This document shows, one piece after another, positions 32,420-42,484 of a stretch of DNA of 64,000 nt (the first letter of the stretch is position 1; the number at the start of each line of letters is the position of its first letter). The notes under the pieces were generated by a model. The model was not told the DNA's origin. It saw only the letters and a list, made by a program, of their open reading frames with translations, and searched no databases. Position numbers and translations under genes: made by a program. Where the stretch lies: the NCBI GenBank assembly GCA_963843575.1, contig CAWJKZ010000010.1, positions 128,001-192,000 of the forward strand, written 5' to 3'. The DNA is from an uncultured Acidobacteriota bacterium. GTDB lineage: Bacteria; Acidobacteriota; UBA6911.

Positions 32420-35377
32420 CGAGCCTGTCCGCCGCGGCAGCGCGGAGCCGGGACACCAGCCGGGGCAGCTGATCGAACCTGCTCAGCCGGACTCCCGCGG
32501 CACCGCCGCCTGGGTGTGTCTCGACGAATTCCGGATCGGGCGACAAGCCGAACCTGCGGTAGAAAGCCTGTCGGATAAACTCCTTGACCTCGGCCAGCCC
32601 GGCTTTGTCGCTGTCGGCGTGCACCTGGAAGAAATCACCCTGACCGGCGGCATTGATCCGGACTGCGACGGCGTCGTTCCCGAACGCCCGCTTGAGCATA
32701 GCCTCCGCCAGGTCGATCAGGGCAAGCCCGCGGAAGAAGTTCGTCCCTTCCAGCAGATGCAGTCCGGGACAGCGGGCGATCGAGGCGTCGTCCAGTCCCC
32801 GGTTGAAATCGAAAGGTTTCGCCCCGAACCTCTCGAGCCAGAGATCCATGCGTTCCGGGCCGTAGCGACCGGTTTCCCAGTCGAGCTCCCGCATCATCTC
32901 GGCTCTCGATGGAAGGGACTCGGGTTCGATGTCGAAGCAGCGGTCGCCGCACTGGGACCTTGACACGAACTCGATCCACTGATCGGGATGGTTGATGAGC
33001 CAGAAGTTCTTGGCGACCTCGCCGAAAAGGTAGGAGACCATCGCCCGGAGCGGCACCCCGGTTTCCTCGACGACGTCCCCCGAGGGCAGAGCGCGCCGCA
33101 GGACAGGGTCACGCCAGCCGGCGAGGAGCGATTCGAAGGCAGCATCGGCCTTCTGGCTTGCATCCACCGGCGTCAGTCGGCTGATCTCGATCAACTGGCG
33201 TATGTACCACTCGCGGTTTTGCAGCAGCAGTTCGTGCAGGGCGCTGCGTTGGACGAGGAGCGGGAGGGATTTGAGGATTTCAAGGACCTTCGTGTGCCCG
33301 GCCGCGCTAGTGACGCCGGTCTGCACCAGATCGTCCTCGACATACTTGAACAGGTCCAGATCGAGTGGGAGCCGCACGAGGATGGCGGCCAGCTCGGCGG
33401 CCTTTCCGGTCATCTTGCGCATCTCGGCCGCCGTCTGGCGTCCGGGGACGCGGGCTTCTGCGTAGGAGCCCCAGGACCAGCGCCAGGCGGCCCGGTCCCG
33501 GTCCACGCTGTAAGGGAAGAGCAGGTGGATGCGCTCGGACGGCACGGGGTAGGTCGCGATGATGCGGTAATTGTCGCGCGGGTTGGACGATATCAGGGTC
33601 CCCTCCCCTGCCCTGCCTTTCTGTTCAGTCGCCTGGTCGAGAGAGCCGGCGCGCACGCCGGTGCCGTACTCCGCCTGACAGGCGAGGTGCACCAGCACGT
33701 CTGGGGAGATGTTGAGGTCGAGAAGCGAGTTAATCGCGTTCTTGGTCGCGACCGTCACGGCCGAGGAACTGGAGAATCCCCCCTGCGGGATGTTCCCGGT
33801 CGAGACCAGCCGCATGCCGCGAAACCCCTCACGGCCCAGAACGGCCTGCACCTTGGCCCCCAGGTTCCCTTTCCGCAGGGTCCTCAGCGAGCAGATGGCG
33901 TTCCCGATCAGCGAGAACGGCCGTCTCATGTTGGTGCTCACCCAGAGCGATGGGGGGGGAGCGGCGTCTTCGCCTCGCGCCGCCTCTGCACCTCGTCGTC
34001 GGTGAAGTAACCCAGGGAGAGCAGCAGGTTCTCGGACATACGGGTGCCGAAGCCCTCGTAGGAATACCAGTCCCCGATTTCCTCCCCAGGGTACATGCAG
34101 TCGTCGTCGGCGGGGATGAAGTTCAGCTTCTCCCGAAACTGCGGATTGGTGGGGAAGAGGTGAATCTTCCGGTCTTCCGAGCACTGCGCGATCATGACGA
34201 TCTGCTCGCGGCCGGACGGTTCGCCGGCGCCGATCGGCATCTGCCACGCCGGCCCGAAAAAGCGGCCCATGTCCGGATGCATGAAGGCGATGCGCAGGCG
34301 CCCCCCGGAGACCCCGATGCCCACGGGGCGGTCGTTCACAAACCCCAGTTGTTCGCGGGCGGCAGTGGCGGCCAGCTCCTCGAGCTGCGCGGCGATGGCG
34401 GCCACCTGCACCACCGGCCGGGCCGCCACGAGCCTCTGCAGCGCACGCTCCACCGCATCCGCGTCCGGGGCAGCCGGAATGAAAAGGCTGCGCGAGTGTG
34501 CCAGGATTCCCTCGAGCAACGCCAAATCCATCGGGCGGGTCACATCCGAGCAGAGCAGATCGTACTCGGGATCTGCAACGGTCGTCGTGATGGTGCGGAT
34601 GTCGCCACCGCGGGCGCTGATCGCTTCGACCATGTCGGTCAGGTAGTACTGTCCCTGCGCGTTGTCGTTCCTGAGCCGTTCCAGGCACCGGCGCAGGTCT
34701 GCCGCGCGTACGGCGTACAGCGGGCAGTTGGCTTCGGTCAGGTCCCCCAGGGCACGCCGGGTGGCGCCGTCGGCGAGCGCGTCGATGTCGCGCTGTTCGA
34801 CGATGCGGACGACGTTGCCGCGCCCGTCACGCACGATCCGCCCCTTGCCCTGATTCTTCGGCGGCTCGTACACCGCCGTGAGGAGTGTCAGATCTGCTTC
34901 GCGGCTGCCTGCCATATGGGTTTCGTGTAGCTTCCGAAAAACGCCGGGGGCCACGATGCGATCGCCCATGGTGATCACCAGCACCGGGTTACACTCCTCG
35001 AGTCCCGGAACGCTGAGCGCCTCGAAGGCCGCGAAGGCCGTCCCGCCCGTCGGGTTTTCGGAACAGACGTAGACTGGAGCCCCGCCCAGGGCCGACATCA
35101 CCTCCTCGTGCCGGTAGCCGACGACGCACACGACCGGCGACGAAGGGCTGAACTCCCCGAAGGCGTCGATCGAATGGCGGGCGAGGGGTGTGCCGCCGAC
35201 CTGCTGGGCGCATTTGGGGGCCTGGCCGAAACGGGTCCCTTTCCCGGCCGCGAGAATCACGAGCACCGGGGTCTCCCCGATCATCGGGCCGGCCCCGTCA
35301 GGCCCGGGGCTCAGGACCTTGGCGCGATCCAGCCGCGCGGCATCGCCGAGCACCCGCACGGTTTCGCCAGTCGGCAT
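32400..35377 (-). CDS. Bifunctional GlmU-like nucleotidyltransferase / galactokinase-like GHMP kinase fusion (~992 aa), split by a frameshift in a G8 run at 33952-33959
   Basis: N-part: VILAAGKGTRF, GRIVRD, IVEQRD, NDNAQGQYYLTD. C-part: GGRLRIAFMHPD, GNIPQGGFSSSSAV, AEYGTGVRAGSLDQA, VRINAAGQGD. Adding one base to the run joins ORFs 33938-35416 and 32400-34688. TGATG overlap with pheA. Confidence 0.75.
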
Positions 35378-36450
35378 CAGTACCCCTCCGGGACCTTCTT
35401 CGCCTCGGGGTAGCACCCGAGGAACCTGTAGAGCGGCGTCATCCGGCTCACGCGCTCGAGGGCGCGCCGGACGGCCTCATCCTGCACGGAACCGTGAAAA
35501 TCCACGAAAAACAGGTAGTTCTCGGGATCGTCCCGGTTCGGGGTCGACTCGATTCTGGTCAGGTTGATGCCGTCGTCGGCGAACTCCTTCAGCACACGGA
35601 ACAGCGCGCCGGCCCGGTGCTCGGTGGAAAACACGATCGAACACTTGTCGCCCGCCGCACCGTGGTCCAGCTTCGAGATGATCAGGAAACGCGTGAAGTT
35701 GCCGTGGTTGTCCTCGACCGACTCGTCGAGGACGGCGAGGTTGTAGAACTCCGCCGCGAAACGGCTCGCGATCGCGGCCGAGCCTTCCGCATGCTCCCGC
35801 AACAGCATCCTGGCAGCCGCGGCGGCGTCGTAATACGGACGCCCCTCCAACCCGTGGCTGGCCAGGTAGCCCTGGCACTGAGACAACGCATGCCGGCTCG
35901 AGTGCACGACCCGGATCTTGCGGCGGTCGGCTTCGGGTAATGCCAGGAGGCAGTAGCGCACCGGCAGCCGGACCTCGCCGCTGATCCGGAGATTCCTCTC
36001 CACCAGGAACTCGTTGACGTCGGGCACCACCTCGCCGAGCGTGTTCTCGACAGGCACGACCCCGAAGTGGAGCAGGCCGGCGTCGACCGCCTCGAACACC
36101 TCCCGGTGTTCGTCGCAGCTGATGCAGATCAGCCCCGGGTCGTACATGCCCGCAGCCACCTCGCTGAAGGAGCCATGCTCCCCCTGAAAACCGATCAGCC
36201 TCAAATCCTCCAATTGCAGCCGCTTGCTCTCCCCGATCACCTGCACGAAAAGCCGCTTGCAGAATTCCGGCTCGATCAGACCCTGCGAGTGCTTCCTGAT
36301 GTATTCGATGACTTCGCTTTCCCGCTTCTCGTCCGTGACGGCGCTTTTGAACTTCTTCGTGCGGAGAGAGTATTCCATCCGGCTGTTGAGGAGCTTGAGT
36401 ATCTCAAAATCGATCGTGTCGATCTTTTTCCTGATATCGTTTAGATCCAT
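35377..36450 (-). CDS. pheA: Chorismate mutase / prephenate dehydratase (P-protein)
   Basis: IRKKIDTIDFEILKLLNSR (chorismate mutase), FQGEHGSFSE, PVENTLG, NFTRF, ACT domain NLTRIES. Confidence 0.92.
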   Translation of the reverse strand: MDLNDIRKKIDTIDFEILKLLNSRMEYSLRTKKFKSAVTDEKRESEVIEYIRKHSQGLIEPEFCKRLFVQVIGESKRLQLEDLRLIGFQGEHGSFSEVAAGMYDPGLICISCDEHREVFEAVDAGLLHFGVVPVENTLGEVVPDVNEFLVERNLRISGEVRLPVRYCLLALPEADRRKIRVVHSSRHALSQCQGYLASHGLEGRPYYDAAAAARMLLREHAEGSAAIASRFAAEFYNLAVLDESVEDNHGNFTRFLIISKLDHGAAGDKCSIVFSTEHRAGALFRVLKEFADDGINLTRIESTPNRDDPENYLFFVDFHGSVQDEAVRRALERVSRMTPLYRFLGCYPEAKKVPEGY

Positions 36451-36503
36451 GGCATCTTCGGGAGCAGGGGTCAGGGCGCAATTCTAGCACCGATTGCCTT
36501 ATT

Positions 36504-36605
36504 TGGAGTCCGACGCGTCGGTTTGGCTTCCGTGTTTTCAGTGTCTTCCGTGGCAGGCGTTTGACTTTCGGGGCACTCCGGAGCGACTTTGTCGCGTGCA
36601 CTCCA
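36504..36605. repeat. Degenerate composite repeat: GGAG(T)-type REP half-sites plus a 9-nt periodic tract
   Basis: ggagtccgacgc ... ttccgtgttttcagtgtcttccgtggc ... gcactcc (twice). Confidence 0.45.
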
Positions 36606-36628
36606 TGTGGCGTCGCACTGCCAGGCCT

Positions 36629-37132
36629 TCAGATCGCCGGCGCCTGCAACCCATACTGGGCCCATTCCTCGCGCGCAGGGCCGAACACGCCGGGCACCTT
36701 GAGACCGGCCAGCCGCATGAGCACGGTCACCTGGCCAAGGTGGTGGACTTGGTGGAGGACTAGCGCGGTCAGGGTCTGCCCGCGGGTCCACATTTCCCCG
36801 TACATCTCGTCGGTCTGCCGGAGCGTGCTGTCCGTCCACTGCGAGGACACAGCGGACAGCAGCGATGCGGCCGCGCGCTGGTAGGCAGCCCGCAACTCGT
36901 CGGCTCGGACGGGAACCGGATCCTCCGGTCCCGGCCCTTCGATCTTCAGCCCCACCCGTTCCGTCATCTCGGGTATTGTCTGAACGACGTGCCAAGCCAC
37001 GCGCCCCAGGGTCCGGTCGTCCGGCCCGGCGGCCCGGACCAGGGATGCGTCGGTCAGGACGGCAAAGACCTTCTTCACATCGTCCATTCTCGCCTTCCAC
37101 ATGGAGTCGAACTCCGCGATCGTGCAGATCAT
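36629..37132 (-). CDS. DinB/YfiT family metal-binding protein
   Basis: RTLGRVAWH and HQVHHLGQVTVLMRLAG His triad pattern; GGAGGGGAG RBS. Confidence 0.88.
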   Translation of the reverse strand: MICTIAEFDSMWKARMDDVKKVFAVLTDASLVRAAGPDDRTLGRVAWHVVQTIPEMTERVGLKIEGPGPEDPVPVRADELRAAYQRAAASLLSAVSSQWTDSTLRQTDEMYGEMWTRGQTLTALVLHQVHHLGQVTVLMRLAGLKVPGVFGPAREEWAQYGLQAPAI

Positions 37133-37262
37133 GTCTCCCCTCCGTAGAAATTCACGTCCTTTATGTTCTCATGCACCGGATTCGTAGTATATACAGGTTA
37201 AAATGCGCTATTTCATTTCTGATCGCCACCCGCGGATGCGGGTCGTCGAAGGAGGTATTTTC

Positions 37263-38977
37263 ATGTCGAACCCGCGCAGGCCACTCTGTTCACCGATTGG
37301 CATCGCAATCCTTGGGCTCGGCTGGCTCCTGGGGGTAGTTCCTCCGGCGTCGCCGGAGGAACCACCGGTGTTCGCGATAGTGAACGCGAGGATTATCCCG
37401 GTCTCGGGTCCACCGGTCGAGAAAGGGACGGTGATTATCCGCAACGGCGTCATCGAAGCGGTCGGTGCGGCCGTCGCGGTGCCCGGAGACGCCCGGGTGA
37501 TTGAGGCCGGGGGGCTCACCGTCTATCCGGGGCTGATCGATGCACTCTCGGACATCGGGCTGGAGGAGACACGCACACAGGCGACGGCGGAAGCGCGCGG
37601 CGCTGAGCCATCTCCCGGCACCCCGCAGCAACAGCCGCCGCAACCGACCCTGTCTTCCGACGAACGACAGGGGCTGACGCCTTACCGCGACGCGGCCGAC
37701 CTGCTGAACGGATCGCACCGGAAGATCGAATCCGCACGTGCCGTGGGCATTACCACGACCCTGCTGGCACCCGCGGGGGGATCTTCCTGGGCCGCAGCTG
37801 CCTGGTAAACCTCTCGGGAGGGGAACCCGGCCGGATGGTAGTGAAGACCCCGGTCGCATTTCATGTCGCGTTTCTTTCCGAGGGAGGCTTCGGCAGGGGT
37901 TACCCGGGTTCGCTCATGGGCATCATCGCGTTTTTCAAGCAGACGTTGCTCGACGCCCGGCACTATGGCGCAGCGTGGCGCCTGTACGACAGCACTCCCG
38001 GCACCCCGCGCCCGGAACGAAACAAGGCGCTGGAGGCGCTCCAGCCGGTCGTGATCCAAAACAGCCCGGTCGTCATGACGGGCGACGGACCGGTGGAAAT
38101 CCAGCGCATTCTCGACCTGGCCGGGCAATTCAAACTCAACCTCATTCTTTCGGGCGCCACCCGGGCTAGCAGGATCGCCGCGACGCTGCGCGATCGAAAC
38201 GTTCCGGTGCTCCTCAGCGTCAAATTCCCGGAGCGCGAGCGGGACGGCGACCCCGAGGAGCGCGAGGAGTTCAACCGGCTCAGGGACCGGGTAGAGGCGC
38301 CGGGGACCGCGGCCGCACTCGCCAAGGCGGGCGTCAAGTTCGCTTTCCAGTCCGCCGACATCGCCAACCCGAGGGACTTCATGCGCAACGTGGGGAAAGC
38401 GGTGGAAGCCGGGCTCGACCGGGACGTCGCCCTGCGTGCGCTCACTCTGACCCCGGCCGAATTCTTTGGCGTCGCCGATCGGTTCGGCAGCATCGACCGG
38501 GGGAAAACCGCGAACCTCGTGGTGGCCACCGGCGACATCTTCAACCCGGAGACGCGGGTGAAGGTGGTGTTTATCGACGGACGGAAGTTCGAAATCACCG
38601 AAAGCGAACCGCCGCGGGAAAGCGCACCACCGGGCGGCAGCGAGGCTGGTCCGGTCTTGACGCTGACGGGAGCGTGGAACGTCACGGTCGACACTCCCCA
38701 GGGCGCCGTCGCCGCCACCTTTCAGCTGCAACAGGCGGGTTCGGCGGTTACCGGGACGGTCTCGTCCCCGGTCGGCAACGCCGAGATCACGGACGGGAAG
38801 GTCGTCGGCAATACCCTGACGTTCAGGCTGTCCGGGGCAGGCATGGTTGTGTCGGGCTCAGCCACCATCGACGGCCCGCGCATCACAGGAACTCTTTCCG
38901 GCGACGAGGTCGGGTCGATGGGATTCAGCGGTACTAGGGTCCAGCCGGGACCGCAGCAGGGAGGAAACCATGAGTAG
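37263..38977 (+). CDS. Secreted amidohydrolase-fold protein 1 (no HxH), frameshifted at G6 run 37775-37780
   Basis: Signal peptide; VYPGLIDALSDIG; adding one G gives ...APAGGIFLGRSCLVNL... joining ORF 37835; GSIDRGKTANLVV; extra C-terminal beta domain. Confidence 0.8.
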
Positions 38978-40367
38978 CCATTCAGTTCAGGGGAGAACGC
39001 TAACCGCGACGATGACGCTGTTTCTGGCCTTTGTCGGGTGGGCCTCCGGTCCCGCGGAAAGCACGGGAATCCTCGTCATCAAGGACGCGACGATTCTCAC
39101 GGTGTCGCACGGGAGCATCGCGAAGGGATCCATCCTGATCCGGGGGGGCAAGATCGCCGAGGTAGGTGCCGTCGTGACGATGCCGCCGGGTGCCGAGGTC
39201 ATTGACGCGGCGGGCAAGTTCGTGATGCCCGGCATCATCGACCCCCACTCGCATCTCGCCCAGAACGGAGGGGTAAACGAAGGGAGCCTGGCCGTAACGT
39301 CGATGACCGCCGTGGAAGACGTCATCGACCCCGAGGACATCGACATCTACCGCGAACTGGCGGGGGGGGTCACGACGACGGCCACGCTGCACGGAAGCGC
39401 CAATCCGATCGGAGGAACCGGCGCCGTGATCAAGCTGCGCTGGGGCAAAGACGCCCGCGGCCTGCTCTTTCGGGGGGCCAAGCCCGGCCTGAAATTCGCG
39501 CTGGGCGAAAACCCCAAACGCGCCCGCAACCCTCAGAGGTATCCAGGAACGCGCATGGGCGTGGAGGATGTGATCCGGCAAGCTTTCGCCGAGGCGCGCA
39601 ACTACATGCAGTCGTGGGACCTGTACCGAAAGCGCAGCGGCGCCGGCGACAAGTCGGCCGTCCCTCCCCGCCTCGACCTCAAACTCGAGCCGCTGGCGGA
39701 AGTGCTGCGCGGCGAGCGGCTGACGTTCGTACATGCCTATCGCGCAGACGAGATGCTGATGATGATGCGGCTGGCCAACGAATGTGGCTTCAAGGTGAAC
39801 TCCTTCGAGCACGCCTTGGAGGGATACAAGATCGCCAGGGAGCTGGCCGCCCACGGCGCCGTGGCATCCACGTTTTCCGATTGGTGGGGCTACAAGGTGG
39901 AAGCGTACGACGCCATCCCTTACAACGCCGCGCTCATGACACGGAAAGGCGTGCTGGTGTCGCTGAATTCCGACAGCGCCGAGGAGGCCAGGCATCTCAA
40001 TCAGGAAGCCGCAAAATGCATGAAGTACGGCGGCCTGACCGAGGAGGAAGCCTTGAAGCTGGTGACCCTCAACCCAGCCCGGCAGCTCAAGCTCGAGGAC
40101 CGCGTCGGGTCGATCGACCCGGGCAAGGACGCCGACCTCGTCATCTACAATCACCACCCGCTCAGCGTATATGCCGTGCCCCAGCAGGTGTTTATCGACG
40201 GAGAGGTCTATTTCGACTTTCGGAAGGATCGGGAACTCCGCAAACGCATCGATCAGGAGCGGAATGCGCTCGAGGAGCGCGACAGGAAGGCGCGGGAACG
40301 TCCGGGCCCGGGGCGGAAGCCGCCCACCACGGCCGGGGATTCGGCACATCTGCCTGAAATGGAATAG
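38970..40367 (+). CDS. Secreted metal-dependent amidohydrolase (complete metal-ligand set)
   Basis: PGIIDPHSH, GLKFALGENPK, FVHAYR, FEHALEG, NSDS, GSIDPGKDADLV; signal peptide. Confidence 0.9.
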   Translation: MSSHSVQGRTLTATMTLFLAFVGWASGPAESTGILVIKDATILTVSHGSIAKGSILIRGGKIAEVGAVVTMPPGAEVIDAAGKFVMPGIIDPHSHLAQNGGVNEGSLAVTSMTAVEDVIDPEDIDIYRELAGGVTTTATLHGSANPIGGTGAVIKLRWGKDARGLLFRGAKPGLKFALGENPKRARNPQRYPGTRMGVEDVIRQAFAEARNYMQSWDLYRKRSGAGDKSAVPPRLDLKLEPLAEVLRGERLTFVHAYRADEMLMMMRLANECGFKVNSFEHALEGYKIARELAAHGAVASTFSDWWGYKVEAYDAIPYNAALMTRKGVLVSLNSDSAEEARHLNQEAAKCMKYGGLTEEEALKLVTLNPARQLKLEDRVGSIDPGKDADLVIYNHHPLSVYAVPQQVFIDGEVYFDFRKDRELRKRIDQERNALEERDRKARERPGPGRKPPTTAGDSAHLPEME

Positions 40368-40377
40368 GGGTGAGACC

Positions 40378-41670
40378 ATGGCTAGAACTTTTACACACAC
40401 AATCTCCTTCGCGGCCCTGCTGCTGGCTGTGGCCGCTGGGCGCGCCGCCGACGGAGGGACATGGGTCATCCGCAACGCCCGCGTACACACGATGGCTGCG
40501 GCCGGCACGCTGGAACGCGGCGGGGTCGTGATGAGGGACGGCAAGATCGTCGAGGTGGGCCGGGCCGTAAAGGTACCCGCGGGAGCCCGTGTGATCGACG
40601 CGGGAGGGCTCGAGATCTACCCGGGTATGGTCAACGCCTGGAGCAACATCGGTCTGACCGAGGTGGGAGCCGTCGACGTAACCAACGACTACAGCGAACA
40701 GGGCAACTACAAGCCCCAACTGCTGGCTTTCAGCGCCATCAACGCCGCCAGCGAGCACTTCCCCGTCGCACGGGTGAATGGGATAACGGCCAGCCTCAGC
40801 GCCCCCGCAGGGGGCGTCGTCGCCGGACAGCCCGTACTGCTGCACCTCGACGGGTGGACGGTCGACCAGATGGCCCTTCTGAAATCCGCGGGCATGGTCT
40901 TCAACTTCCCCACCCTGACCGTGCGCCGCGGATTTCCCGGCGCCGGCTTCGGGCGGCCGCCTGCGTCTTTCGCGGATGTCAAGAAAGCATACGAAGCGTC
41001 GCTCCGCGAGCTGGCAGAGTGGCTGGAGAAAGCCCGGCACTATGACCGCGCGCGCAAGACCGGCGCGGCGCCCGCACTCGACCTGCAGCTCGAGGCGCTC
41101 GTCCCGGTGGTCGAGGGACGATCCATCGTGTTTATGGCCGCGGACACCGCGCGAGACATCAGGAACGCCGTCGAGTTCGCCAGGAAGGAGAAGCTGAAGA
41201 TGGTGCTGCAGGGGGGACGCGAGGCACCGGCGGTGTCCGACCTCTTGAAGAGCGAGAGCGTGCCGGTCATTCTCGACTCGATCATCGCGCTGCCGAGGCG
41301 CGAGGACGACCCTTACGACGCCCTCTACACGGTGCCCCGTGACCTGGCCCGGGCGGGGGTTAAATTTGCCCTGACCGCGGGCGGCAGCACCGAAACCCGC
41401 AACCTCCCGTACGAGGCCGGCATGGCACAAGCCTACGGGCTGCCACACGAGGACGCGCTGCGCGCCGTCACGCTCGCGCCGGCGGAGATCCTGGGAGTGG
41501 CGGACCGCATCGGGAGCATTGAACCGGGGAAAATCGCGGACCTGGTCGTCACCGACAGCGATCTGCTGGAACCGAGGACCCAAATCAAAAGGCTGTTCAT
41601 CGCCGGACGTGAAGTCGAGCTGGACACCCGGCACACCCGCCTGTTCGAACAGTACGGCGCCCGCCCATGA
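40378..41670 (+). CDS. Secreted amidohydrolase-fold protein 3 (no HxH)
   Basis: IYPGMVNAWSNIG, TLAPAEILG, GSIEPGKIADLVV; signal peptide. Confidence 0.88.
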   Translation: MARTFTHTISFAALLLAVAAGRAADGGTWVIRNARVHTMAAAGTLERGGVVMRDGKIVEVGRAVKVPAGARVIDAGGLEIYPGMVNAWSNIGLTEVGAVDVTNDYSEQGNYKPQLLAFSAINAASEHFPVARVNGITASLSAPAGGVVAGQPVLLHLDGWTVDQMALLKSAGMVFNFPTLTVRRGFPGAGFGRPPASFADVKKAYEASLRELAEWLEKARHYDRARKTGAAPALDLQLEALVPVVEGRSIVFMAADTARDIRNAVEFARKEKLKMVLQGGREAPAVSDLLKSESVPVILDSIIALPRREDDPYDALYTVPRDLARAGVKFALTAGGSTETRNLPYEAGMAQAYGLPHEDALRAVTLAPAEILGVADRIGSIEPGKIADLVVTDSDLLEPRTQIKRLFIAGREVELDTRHTRLFEQYGARP

Positions 41671-41722
41671 CTCGGGCGAATGCGCGAGCCAGATGGTCGC
41701 AAAACACGTGCGTCGAGGCTGA

Positions 41723-41836
41723 AGAGGCTGTCCCGAGGTTGCAGGGTCGCGTTGCGCAATACGGCGTGGGCGCCGGGCATCCCGGACGTAGGACGTAAGT
41801 GAAAGCGGCGCCGAGGCCGCCGAGGCGCCGCACTCC
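41723..41836. mobile_element. Truncated copy of the AGAGGCTGTCC MITE/REPIN family
   Basis: Starts agaggctgtcc; body gcagggtcgc...cgtaggacg..gtgaaagcggcgccgagg..gccgcactcc aligns with 61018-61116. Confidence 0.72.
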
Positions 41837-41861
41837 AAATTGCCCGGACGCACGTGATCTA

Positions 41862-42347
41862 TCAGTTGACCGGGGGTGCGATCAACCCCAGGCGCACCGC
41901 CTGGCGCGCTTCCCGCTCCACCGCGAGCGCCTGTTCCAGGGCCTGCAGGGACGCGGCCTGCTCGGAGGTCAGGACCGCGCGGGCCCGGGCGCCGAACTCG
42001 TCGCGCTTTGCGCGGATATTGCCGCGCGCGTCTTCGATCTCCTTCCTCAATCGGCTCACGGTCGCGGAATCGACCGGGTCCTGCCTCATGGCGTCGCGCA
42101 GGGCCCTCACCTTGGGAGCAAGATCCCGGGCAAGCGATCCGACACTCTCGCGCATCGAAGCCTGGATGCCCTGGAGATCCGACACCTGCTGTGGCGTCAA
42201 CTTGAGATAATCCTTCAGGGCGTCAAACCCGCCCTTCTGGAACTGGCCTCCGGCCATCATCCCCCGGCGGCCTGCCATGCGCCCTTGCTGGCCGAAAGCG
42301 ACACCGGTAAGGAACAACACGACCATCAAGTACTTTGCCAATCTCAT
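41862..42347 (-). CDS. Spy/CpxP-family periplasmic protein (LTxxQ motifs)
   Basis: Signal peptide ending VAFG; LKLTPQQ and VLTSEQ motifs; helical. Confidence 0.8.
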   Translation of the reverse strand: MRLAKYLMVVLFLTGVAFGQQGRMAGRRGMMAGGQFQKGGFDALKDYLKLTPQQVSDLQGIQASMRESVGSLARDLAPKVRALRDAMRQDPVDSATVSRLRKEIEDARGNIRAKRDEFGARARAVLTSEQAASLQALEQALAVEREARQAVRLGLIAPPVN

Positions 42348-42484
42348 AGCCTTGATATTCTCCTTGTGCATATACGCTGTGATCAGCTACGGAAAATACA
42401 AACCCGGAAGGGCGCGAAAAGTTCCGCTCGCATTCCGAGGCCCGCACGTTGTTCTGGTATGCTGAAGGTCAAAGCGAGGTGGCC

